Of a DNA stretch of 64,000 bases, positions 1 to 10,453 are shown piece after piece. Both the position numbers and the translations under genes were made by a program. The stretch's first letter is position 1. Every line of letters starts with the position of its first letter. Origin of the DNA: Eledone cirrhosa (Eukaryota). Under the pieces are notes generated by a model, which saw only the letters and a program-made list of their open reading frames with translations, was not told the DNA's origin and did not search any database. The stretch lies in NCBI GenBank assembly GCA_964016885.1, contig OZ024740.1, positions 31,248,001-31,312,000 of the forward strand. Direction: 5' to 3'.

Positions 1-1040
1 GCACAGGAAAGTAAGCACTAAGAGCACATGTGAAATAGATTGTTTCAACTACCTGGGAGGCTCTCTAAAAGTTTTTGCCAGCTATTACCTAGGTGACCTA
101 ATCATCAGTGTTGGGGGATGCTCTAAAAATGTGGTAGCCAGTAAGAATGGGCTGAAAGACGTTTAGGGAGCTAGTACCTCTACTGATAACAAAGTACCTC
201 TCTCAGAGTGAAGTGTAGACTGTATGACGTCTGCAGAGGAATTACCATGCTACATGACAATGAGATATTGACAGCAGAAGACATGCAAAGACTAGAAAAA
301 ATGAAAAAGCATGCTCCAGTGGATGTGCAATGAATAGCATAGCATAGGCAAACAGGAAAACTCTATAAGAATGGATCAATGGTGTGAACCATTGTATAAG
401 GAAAATTAAAGCTGCATAAAAAAATGCTGGGATATCTCGGTGAATGGTACTCATGGAAGAGGCAGATATAGGATAAAATAGTGAAGACTGACCTTAGGGA
501 GCTGAATCTCACAATAGAGATGACAAAGGGCTGCAAGGGTTGATGACATGTGGTACTGGAGAAGACAAGTCTGCCAGCACAAATATGCAACCTTCACCCC
601 TCCTCCCACTTTTGCTTCTTAGAAACTACTCCTACCATCACTACATGCTCCTGCTATACCAATGATACAAAAGGTCACAAAAACTCCTTCAGCTTTGTCA
701 AAGATATGAGAACATCCCTGGTACTGGTGCTACAATAATATGCACCTAATGCACTTGGTAGAATGCAGGAATATATATAAGCATGATGTGGTCCCATGCC
801 TTGTCTGAGGGAGCAACATGATAAAATGCACCTGGTGCTCTTAGAAGAGAGTAGGAATATATATAAGTGAGATGAAGGCACTCTCGCCTAAGGGAGAGGT
901 CTGTAGCTCTGATTAAGTACTGTCTTTATCTGTGACAACCCATCCAACCATGGTGAGCAAGGAAAACATGTTAAATGATGATGATGATAATGATGATGAT
1001 ACACACACACACACACGTATATATATATATATATATATAT

Positions 1041-1379
1041 GGAGGCACATAGCTTAGTGGTTAGAGCATTGGCCTTGCAATCGAAAGGTTGTGAGTTGAC
1101 CGGGTGATGTGTTGTTTCCTTGAGCAAGACACTTTATTTCGCATTGCTCCAGTTTACTCAGCTGTAGAAATAAGATAATAGGGACTGGGGTCCCTATCAT
1201 TCCACTGCAAAGTGGTCGTGGAGGTGCCACGGCAAAAAAGTACCCAGCACTCACTGTAAATGAGGTTGGTGTTAGGAAGGGCATCCAGCTGTAGAAATCA
1301 AGCCAGAATCAGTTCCTGTCCCACCCTTGCAAGCTGAGAAAAGCGGACATAAAATGAAATGAAATGATGAAATGATGAT
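1041..1379 (+). mobile_element. tRNA-derived CORE-type SINE with RTE-derived 3' half and (ATG)n tail; other copies 3089-3424(-), 3433-3780(-), 3911-3995(+, truncated), 17401-17738(-), 20731-20850(+, old), 28722-29113(+)
   Basis: A box TAGCTTAGTGG (TGGCTTAGTGG in other copies); B box GAGTTCAATTC intact in other copies; CORE-like CCTTGAGCAAGACACTT; 3' part matches the RTE 3'UTR at about 23700-23780; flanked by (TA)n. Confidence 0.85.
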
Positions 1380-2187
1380 ATATATATATACGTATATTTG
1401 TGTTTGTATATATATATTGTAGTTGATATGAAACATTGTGAGATATGTAATAAAAATACGATAATTTTCAACAAGCCAGCACAACGTGGTAGGAAAATAC
1501 AAAGGGCAAATGATGAAAAATTCAGGGCTATCAGCCTCTTTTCAAATGTGGGGATGAAACAGTTCAAAACAAGACAACCGATCGATGTGTTTTTCATTAA
1601 TTGGCCTACATGTCTGAAATATTTTGCTATACATACATACATTTATTTTGCAAGGTTTTTTATATGAAATTGTGTGTTGAAAATATATATTTCTGGCAAT
1701 ATTATAACAACATGACCCTCCCCAAATATAACAATCCATATATATATATATACAATGTATTAACAAATGGAAACTATATTTATAAAAGCATATTTATTTT
1801 ATTATACATATTTCAAGGGCCACCAAGGCGAATTATGGTGCGCTTTCATCAGATAAAATACAATACAGATTAGTTTTATAAATAAACATTGACATACCCT
1901 GAAAAAAGACAACCTTAACGGTTGGAGCTTCCTATCAGTTATAAAAGTTTTTAAGCTTGTTGAATACCAACAAATTAAATATAACCTCTGCATATATATA
2001 TATATGTGTGTGTGTGTGTGTACAACACACAATATAACACGCAAGTATGCACACACACACTGACATGTGTGTGTGTGTGTGTGTGTTGTTATATTACACT
2101 ATTGATATTGATGAGCAGAAAATGTAGAAAAATTGTATCAGTAGAAATGTTATTCAATAAAATCGTTTTTCTTTAAATTTATTTCAG

Positions 2188-2450
2188 TTTTTGAACAATA
2201 TCAGAAAGACCGCACCAAATTTGTCCAAACTATAGCTGAGCTGGCATCGCGTCCGCAACACATAGAGACATTACAAAATGCTGGTATTATGTCTCTGTTG
2301 CGACCACTCCTTTTGGATATTGTACCAACTGTCCAGCACACTGCTGCTTTAGCTCTGGGCAGACTTGCCAACTACAGTGAAGAACTGGCTGAAGCTGTGG
2401 TGAAAGGGGACATATTGCCTCAACTTGTTTACTCTTTGGCTGAACAAAAT
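2188..2450 (+). CDS. SPAG6: Sperm-associated antigen 6 (PF16, armadillo-repeat axonemal central-pair protein), first coding exon found (gene exon 2)
   Basis: tttcag acceptor, then (V)FEQYQKDRTKFVQTIAELASRPQHIETLQNAGIMSLLRPLLLDIVPTVQHTAALALGRLANYSEELAEAVVKGDILPQLVYSLAEQN, then GTAAGG donor; 263 nt, phase 1 to 0. Confidence 0.96.
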
Positions 2451-3778
2451 GTAAGGACCACTTCTTTATTTAGTTTTGGCAACTATCCACTCATCATCAT
2501 CATCTTCACCACCACCACAAACACTGTCATCATTTCTAGTATAGGTACAAGGCCAGTAATTTTTTTGGGGGGGAAAGTCGATTAAATCGACCCCAGTATG
2601 TTATTGGTGCTTTATTTTATCGACCCCGTAAGGATGAAAGGCAAAATTAACATCTGCGGGATTTGAATTCAGACCGTGAAGGGACGTAACTCTGAGCTGT
2701 AAAGCATGGCGTCCGGACCTTTTCATCAAACATAATAATATGCCATGCTTATTTGTGGAGAAGGAGAGAATGATAGAGAGTCTAAAGCATATGATCTGAA
2801 ATGAGAGAAGTAATTTTCCTAGAAAAAAAAATTGCTCCATTGTGCTCATTCCCATGTTTCTTCTCTTCTCTCATTTCTTTCATTCTATCCATCTCTCCAC
2901 CCTTCTCTGACCATTCTTCCGATTTTATGAGGTTATATTTTAACCCAACTTTTGCTATGCATAATAGCTGCTGGTAGTTATCACAGCTACTTCCATGATT
3001 GAGATTACTACAATTTTATGATATTTCTCATATACTCATCACTTCAATTATTTTCAATTATGCTTACACACACACACACACACATATATCATCATCATCA
3101 TTTTACGTCCGCTTTCCCCTGCTTGCAAGGGTGGGACGGGAACTGATTCTGGCTTGATTTCTACAGCTGGATGCCCTTCCCAACACCAACCTCATTTACA
3201 GTGAGTGGTGGGTGCTTTTTTCCGTGGCACCTCCACAACGACTTTGCGAATGAGATGATAGGGACTGGGGTCCCTATCATCTCATTTCTACAGCTGAGTA
3301 AACTGGAGCAATGTGAAATAAAGTGTCTTGCTCAAGGAAACAACACATCACCCGGTCTGAGAATTGAACTCACAACCTTTCGATTGCAAGGCCAATGTTC
3401 TAACCACTAAGCCCCATGTGCCTATATATATATCATCATCATTCATCATCATTTCATTTTACATCCGCTTTTTCCCTGCTTGCAAGGGTGGGATGGGAAC
3501 TGATGCTGGCTTGATTTCTACAGCTGGATGCCCTTCCTAACACCAACCTCATTTACAGTGAGTGCTGGGTGCTTTTTTGCCGTGGCACCTCCACGACCAC
3601 TTTACAGTGGAATGATAGGGACACCAGTCCCTATCATCTCATTTCTACAGCTGAGTAAACTGGAGCAATGTGAAATAAAGTGCCTTGCTCAAGGAAACAA
3701 CACATCACCCGGTCTGAGAATTGAACTCACAACCTTTCGATTGCAAGGCCAATGCTCTAACCACTAAGCCATGTGCCT

Positions 3779-3875
<97 letters not shown>

Positions 3876-4781
3876 TGTATGTATGTATGTATGTATGTAT
3901 GTATGTATGTGGAGGCACATGGCTTAGTGGTTAGAGCATTGGCCTTGCAATCGAAAGGTTGTGAGTTCAATTCCCAGACCGGGTGATGTGTTGTTTATAT
4001 ATATATATATATACACACACACACCCACCCACATATATATCAATAGGGCTCTGTGGTTACTATGATAATATTAAAAGAAATATAGGAAACAGAAAACTCG
4101 GAAGTGACAGACACATGGACAATTCCCACTCTTCAGCTGTCTTCTGGGGATCAGTTTTGGAAAGCATCCACAACTATAATGATTCCTAAGGGAAAGTTGA
4201 TGAAATCAACCCCAGTCCATTACTGCTACTTTATTCTATTGACCCCGTAAAAATGAAAGGCAAATGTAGCCTTGTTGGGATTTGAACTCAAAACGTAAAG
4301 GGCTATAACTGTGGCAAAGCATATTGTTTAATGCTCTACTGATGCTGCCAATCCACTGCCATCAACTTCAGAATAATGATTTCTACTATAGGCCAGCAAT
4401 TTGGGGGAGGGGAGTCGATCAAATCGACCCAAATGCGTGACTGGTACTTTATTTTATCAATCCCATAAGCATGAAAGCAAAGCTAACCCCAGCCGGATTT
4501 GAACACAGAACGTAAAGAGCTGTAACTCTGTGCTGCAAAGCATGTTGTCTGATGCTCTGCCGATATTGCCAATCCAGAATAAAAGTAATAATAAACTATA
4601 GTTACAAATTTATAGTGATCAGGTTGGTGTAATTAGTTTAGCACACCTGTGCAGACAATAAAAGGTTCAATTCTCATGTGTGCTGATGCCAATTTTTTTC
4701 CTGTATGTTGACTTAACCCTTTAGCATTTACATTACTCTATATTTACTATTGTATTTTTGTGGTAAAGACTTTATTTTACA

Positions 4782-5696
4782 CTAGCAGTGGTACCCGGCG
4801 TTGCACGGGATAAGGTATTTTGGAACGTGGGCCGCCAACAGACCTAATCGTGGAAAAACTGCATGCCTGGACAATATATAAAGAAAATAAACCGAATACT
4901 CTGATGGCTGGATAATCTTTAAGATTTTCCTCGATGAAGCAGGAATAATGCAGGTTTTCACCTAATGCCGGCCCTAGGGGATCAAGAAAAAAATTTTTTT
5001 TTATGTGCATAATATGTCTTGAAATTTCAGGAAAATCGGCTAGACGTATCGCTTCAAAAAGCCCTAAAAAGCTGAAAAAATGAAGTTTTTCACCTAATGC
5101 GGGCTCTAGGCCATAAAAAAGTTGGATTTTCTTTGCTTACGGTATGAAGAAGAGACTGACTAATACATAGTTACAATTTCAAGGAAATCGGTCTGACGTA
5201 ATGCCTAAAAAAAACCCCTAAAAAGCTGAAAAAACGCAGTTTTTCACCTAATGTAGGCGCTAGGAGATCAAAAAGTTATGTGCATAACACTCCCTGAAAC
5301 ATAAGTAATACACATGTAAAGTTTGAAAAAAATCGGTTGGGTACTTCTCAAGTTTTAGGGATTCAAACTCACAGACACACACACACACAGACATCCTCAG
5401 GGAAGTGACGTATTGCAGACAACCAGACATACAGACAGATATTATAAGGGCGCGACGTTATATGTATGTATCTATCTATAAAGAGAAAGACTAAGAATTA
5501 TAGAGAGAGATCGCTAAATCGCCTAATGCGGTCCCTAGGGCTATGAAAATTTGAAATCTTTTCTGCTCAGAACAATCCCTGAAACATAAGTATTACATGT
5601 GTAAAGTTTGAAAACAGTCGGTTGGGTGGTTCTCGACTTTTAGGGATTCAAACTCACACACACACAGACAGACATCCTCAGTTTTATATATAGAGA
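4782..5696 (-). mobile_element. Non-autonomous Helitron (family A, composite)
   Basis: On -: 5' TCTCTATATATAAAACTGAGGATGTCTGTCTGT; 3' hairpin CCCGTGCAACGCCGGG then CTAG; related copy 38310-38865. Confidence 0.8.
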
Positions 5697-6795
5697 CTAG
5701 CAGAAAACCGCCCACCGGATGGTTTTCTGCTAGTATATATATTACACACACAGAAATGTATATATATTTCTGTGTGTGTGTATATATATATATATTACGC
5801 ACACAGAAATGTATATATATTTGTGTCATCATCATCACCGTTTTACGTCCGTTCTTCCATGCTAGCATGGGTTAGACAGGTTGTCCTGTTGTGGGCAGTG
5901 TCTGGTCGGCTGACCATGCCTTGCTCATACAGGAACTGATCTGGCTTGATTTCTACAGCTGGATGCCCTTCCTAACACCAACCTCATTTACAGTGAGTGC
6001 TGGGTGCTTTTTCGTGGCGCCTACACGTCCACTTTACAGTGTGGGCTGGGTGCTTTTTTGCCGTGGCACCTCCACGACCACCTTGCGGTGGGGGCATATT
6101 GTTTATATGCTTCAGCATGTACCCATGGGAGGTCGGGTACCCTGTATTACTGCGTGACGCCAGAAGTCACGGTCGTGTGTCATTGTCTTTGAGAGGTGTA
6201 GTTGGGTAAGGTCGGCTTTTATCACCTCATCCCAAGTCATCTTGGGTCTCCCCACTCCGCGGTTTCCATCAACTTCTAGTGCTCTGCACCTTTTTATGCA
6301 GCTGTCATCCTTCATACGCATCACATGTCCATACCAGCGTAACCGCCTCTCCTGCACGCAGCATTTAATTCCTCTTATGCTCAGTCTCTCTCTCAATTCC
6401 TTTATGCTTTGTGTGTGTATATATATATATTTCTGTGTGTGTATATATATATATATTACACACACACAGATATGTATATATGTTTCTGTAGCACTCCTCA
6501 ATTCCCCCATCTCTCCCTCCCGCTATCCCCCTCTTGTAGTCTGTCTCGTTCTTTCACTTTCACTCTCTCTCTACGCGTGCGCAAAAAACATTCGCACGCG
6601 CGTACGTGTTTTAGCGTCTATTCACTCTCTCTCTCTCCCTCTCTCCCTCCCGCTATCCCCCTCACGTAGTCTGTCTCTTTCTTTCATTCTCACTCTCTCT
6701 CTACGCGTGCGCAAAAAACATTCGCACGCGCGCACATGTTTCCACTGTCGGACAGACAGACAGACAGAAATTTCTGGTTATATATTATAAGGAGA
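5697..6795 (-). mobile_element. Non-autonomous Helitron (family B), joined head-to-tail to family A; interrupted by an RTE 3' fragment at about 5826-6408
   Basis: On -: 5' TCTCCTTATAATATATAACCAGAAATTTCTGTCTGTCTG; 3' hairpin GCAGAAAACC..GGTTTTCTGC then CTAG; the stack sits between A and T of the host MITE. Confidence 0.72.
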
Positions 6796-6857
6796 TAATT
6801 TTCTCACACAATATTGAATCTACGAGATTTTGATATTTATTTTGAGAAGAATACCTT

Positions 6858-7382
6858 TGTAGTGAACAGAACTATTATGTATTTTCCTTTGGCGGAAGAA
6901 TGGTGTCACAGAGGTGAATTGGCTGAAGTAGCCAATCAGGGCCCTCAGTGGATCGAGACAAGTTGCTGGACTACTTGGACCAGAGACAGAGTTGGCTGAC
7001 AGGCAGAGAGACACAGAGTTCACTGAACGACCAGCATCAAGACGTCCATGCAGCCAACACGATGTGAAGACTTGCTCAACATTCTCTTGTTATTTTCGAT
7101 TCCATATTTGTACAACAAATAAAAGGGAATTTTTGTTATAACGGATTATGTTGTTTTTGTCATTGCCTTCTGAATCGATAAATATAATAATATCTCCAGC
7201 GACACTTAATCAACATTATAAAATGGTGACGGGGTCACCATTTTATAATGTTGATTAAGTGTTGATCCACTGAAGGCCCTGATTAGCTACTTCAGCCAAT
7301 TCACCTCTGTGACACCATTCTTCCGCCAAAGGAAAATACATTTAATCACAAAGGAAAATACATAATAGTTCTGTTCACTACA
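6858..7382. mobile_element. Foldback element with TG..CA ends, about 97-bp terminal inverted arms and CCTT target-site duplication; probably LTR-derived
   Basis: TGTAGTGAACAG...CTGTTCACTACA; CCTT at 6854-6857 and 7383-7386, single in empty MITE copies; inner perfect 29-bp hairpin 7202-7262. Confidence 0.8.
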
Positions 7383-7583
7383 CCTTAACATAGGTATGAG
7401 AGGCCGGTTACGACCGGTTACGACCGGTTTGAACAGAAAGAGGGGAGAGAATTCTGGCTGGATATGGCCGATTTAAATGCTAAAGGGTTATATGCCCTGC
7501 TATTAGACTATTTTCTGTAGTCAAAATATGGCAAAAGCTTCTAATTCCATGTTCAACATATTTATTTGTTATTTCTTTGACAG

Positions 7584-7767
7584 AGATTCTATAAAAAGTC
7601 TGCAGCATTTGTTCTACGAGCTGTTGCTAAACATTCCCCAAATTTAGCTCTGGCTGTAGTAAACTGTGGTGCTCTTGAATCCCTGGCTATTTGTTTAGAA
7701 GAGTTTGACCCCGAAGTTAAAGAGTCTGCTGCCTGGGCATTTGGATACATTGCTGCACATAATGCAG
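7584..7767 (+). CDS. SPAG6: SPAG6 coding exon
   Basis: gacag acceptor; RFYKKSAAFVLRAVAKHSPNLALAVVNCGALESLAICLEEFDPEVKESAAWAFGYIAAHNA; GTAAAT donor; 184 nt, phases consistent. Confidence 0.96.
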
Positions 7768-7914
7768 GTAAATTTGTTTGCATCCATCTCATCCCATGCC
7801 TCCAAAGTGAAAAGAGAGTTGTGTATGTGTGTGTGTGTGTCTGTCTGTCTGTCTGTGTTGATGTGAGTCATGGAAGATAAGAAAATCATATAAAAGAAGG
7901 TATTATTATAGATA

Positions 7915-8342
7915 GACATCTCTACCAATTTCAGTGGGAAATAATTTTTAAAATTATTAATATGGTACAAGGTTCTTTTTTTCCTGGAAAAGGGAGGAAG
8001 AGGGTGGGGCTCAAACTCACTCCCTGTCCAGAGTTTTCTTTACCATTTTTTCCCTTTGGTTTTTTACATGTGCTACCAACTGATCTTATCTCCAAACATG
8101 CTGCAAAGGACTCAAACTCCCACTTCCAAGAATTTTCTTTACCCCCTAACGCCAACCCTAACCCTAACCCTAACCCCAACCGCAACCCCAGAGGAGGGCA
8201 TGAAAAGTCTGAGTGCCTTCTGCTCCTCTTCCATTTTCTGAGGAAAAAAATCCTTTGCAAAATATTCGACGGTAAGTTTAATTGATAGAACATGAAAAAA
8301 ACGAAGAAAAATTTTTTTGCCACTGAAATTGATGAGGATGAC
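7915..8342. mobile_element. MITE-like element with imperfect TIRs containing (CCCTAA)n telomere-like repeats; related internal piece at about 33480-33600
   Basis: CAATTTCAGTGG ... CCACTGAAATTG inverted ends; CCCTAACCCTAACCCTAACCCC at about 8155-8177. Confidence 0.5.
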
Positions 8343-8595
8343 TTTTTATAAATTTACCTAAAAAACAATAACATCATTTATATTCATCATCATCATCGTT
8401 TAACGTCCATCTTCCATGCTAGCATGGGTTAGACGGTTTTGTTCCATTTGATGCAGGAATGGTTTGGAGACCATGTCTCGCTCGCACAGAAGCATCTCTG
8501 ACAGGTTTTTTACAGTTGGATGCTCTTCCTAACAGCAACCACATTTACAGTGGTGTTAATTTGGCCGAGGTTAACTTTATCTATCATCCTTATAT

Positions 8596-9235
8596 ATCAT
8601 CATCATCATCATCATCAACGTTTAACGTCCGTGTTCCACGCTTGCATGGGTTTGGACGGGGGTTTTCCCACTTGAGGCAAGAGTGATTGTCTTGCTCGCA
8701 TAGGACTGTCTGGCAGGTTTTCTACAGCTGGATGCCCTTCCTAACACCAACCACATTTACAGTGTGGGTCTGGGAGGTTTTTACCGTGTTGCCTACACGG
8801 CCACATTACAGCGTGAACTGTGTGTTTTTTTGTCGTGACACCTACACGATCTCATTTGTTTCGGCCTGGATGGTGTGGCACCAACATAACTTTACATAGA
8901 AGGGGGCGGTGTGGATGGGGTGGGGGTGATGGGACGGGGGTGTATTTTGTTAGAGATGCCTACTGACTGTAGTAGGTTTTACTTTGTATTTAGGTAAGGC
9001 GGGTCTTCTCTATTACTGAGTACCGCCAAAGGTCTCGGTCCAGTGACATTGTCTTGGTGAGGTGTAAGTGTGTGAGGTCAGAATTTATCAAGTCGTCCCA
9101 GGTTTTTCTGGGTCTGCCTATTCCGTGGCTACCGTCTATCTTTATTGCCCTGCACTTTGTTATACAGCTATCGTCCTTCATGCGCATCACGTGACCATAC
9201 CAACGTAGCCTTCTCTCTAGTAAACAACATCTGAT

Positions 9236-9240
<5 letters not shown>
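8596..9240 (-). mobile_element. 5'-truncated RTE LINE (ORF C-terminus + 3'UTR)
   Basis: RRLRWYGHVMRM...GRPRKTW RTE C-terminal motifs; (CAT)n tail at the left; both ends in TA repeats. Confidence 0.9.
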
Positions 9241-9292
<52 letters not shown>

Positions 9293-9295
<3 letters not shown>

Positions 9296-10422
9296 GGACC
9301 CCTCTTTATTTCAGACACGGATGACCAACAAAATTCCGTCTCCTACAACCCCCTGCCCCTCCAACCCATCCATCACATCCTCCCAACTTCAGAGTTGGTA
9401 CCATGAACGTAGGCACATTGAAAGGTCGCTCAAATGAGGTTGTAGAGATGCTTGAACGTAAAGAAGTTGATGTTTGTTGTATTCAAGAGACTAGGTGGAG
9501 AGGGGGGTCTGCCAGATTCATTGTGGGTAAAAAAACGATGCTATAAACTTTTCTGGGTGGGAAACGACAACGGACTGGGTGGAGTAGGAATTATGTTAGC
9601 TGAAAAATGGGTAGATAAGGTAATCGATGTAAATAGAGTAAATGACAGAATAATTAGAATAAGGCTAGTTCTAAATAAAACTACTGTGACAATAATATCT
9701 GCTTATGCACCCCAATCTGGTCTACTTGATGTTATAAAGGACAGGTTCTATGAGACGCTAATGCACACTACCTCCCGAATAACCGACAGTGACTACCTAA
9801 TTATTGCTGGCGATCTAAACAGCCATCTTGGACAACATAGTGATGGCTATGATGGAATCCATGGAGGCTATGGAGTTGGAAATAGAAATGAGGAAGGCTT
9901 CAAAATCCTGGAATTCTGTGACGCCAATAACCTAACTATCTGTAACACAAACTTCAAAAAACGTGAAAACCACTTGATCACCTATAGATCAGGGGAACAC
10001 GCCAGCCAGATAGATTATATCCTTACCAGAAACACTCACAAAATTGTTAACCATCTTGCCAACAACAACCCTGAGTACCTTTTTGATTTCCATGTGTCTA
10101 ACACACGTGGACATGCCCACAAAGTCAGAAAACAGCACAGTTCCCATGACTTTCGGAAACATTTTTTCATGCTCAGAGTTGCTGAAGCATGGAACAAACT
10201 ACCTGCATCAGTTGTTAGCTGTCGAGACACTGCATCCTTTAAGGCCTCCATGCTTCCCGAGATCCGCCAACACTACAGCTAATGTTCCCCCTCCATACAT
10301 ATACACACATGTATACAATGACTCATACACTATTCACTTCCCTGACATTTGTGTATTATTTTATGTACTATACATACACCTTTGACGAGTTGTAGTGCAC
10401 CTGAGCACTTTACACAATAATT

Positions 10423-10453
<31 letters not shown>

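Larger units (their letters stand above)
4717..7487. mobile_element. piggyBac-type MITE (about 200 bp when empty) split by nested insertions; near-empty copies about 16011-16237 and 46087-46289, partial copy about 44426-44520
   Basis: TTAA + CCCTTTAGCATTTA ... TAAATGCTAAAGGG + TTA(T); internal pieces align colinearly with the empty copies. Confidence 0.85.

Noticed and set aside
3911-3985. tRNA gene-like sequence with A and B boxes
   Set aside because: It is the head of a multicopy SINE continuing into CORE and RTE-derived sequence, without a proper acceptor stem
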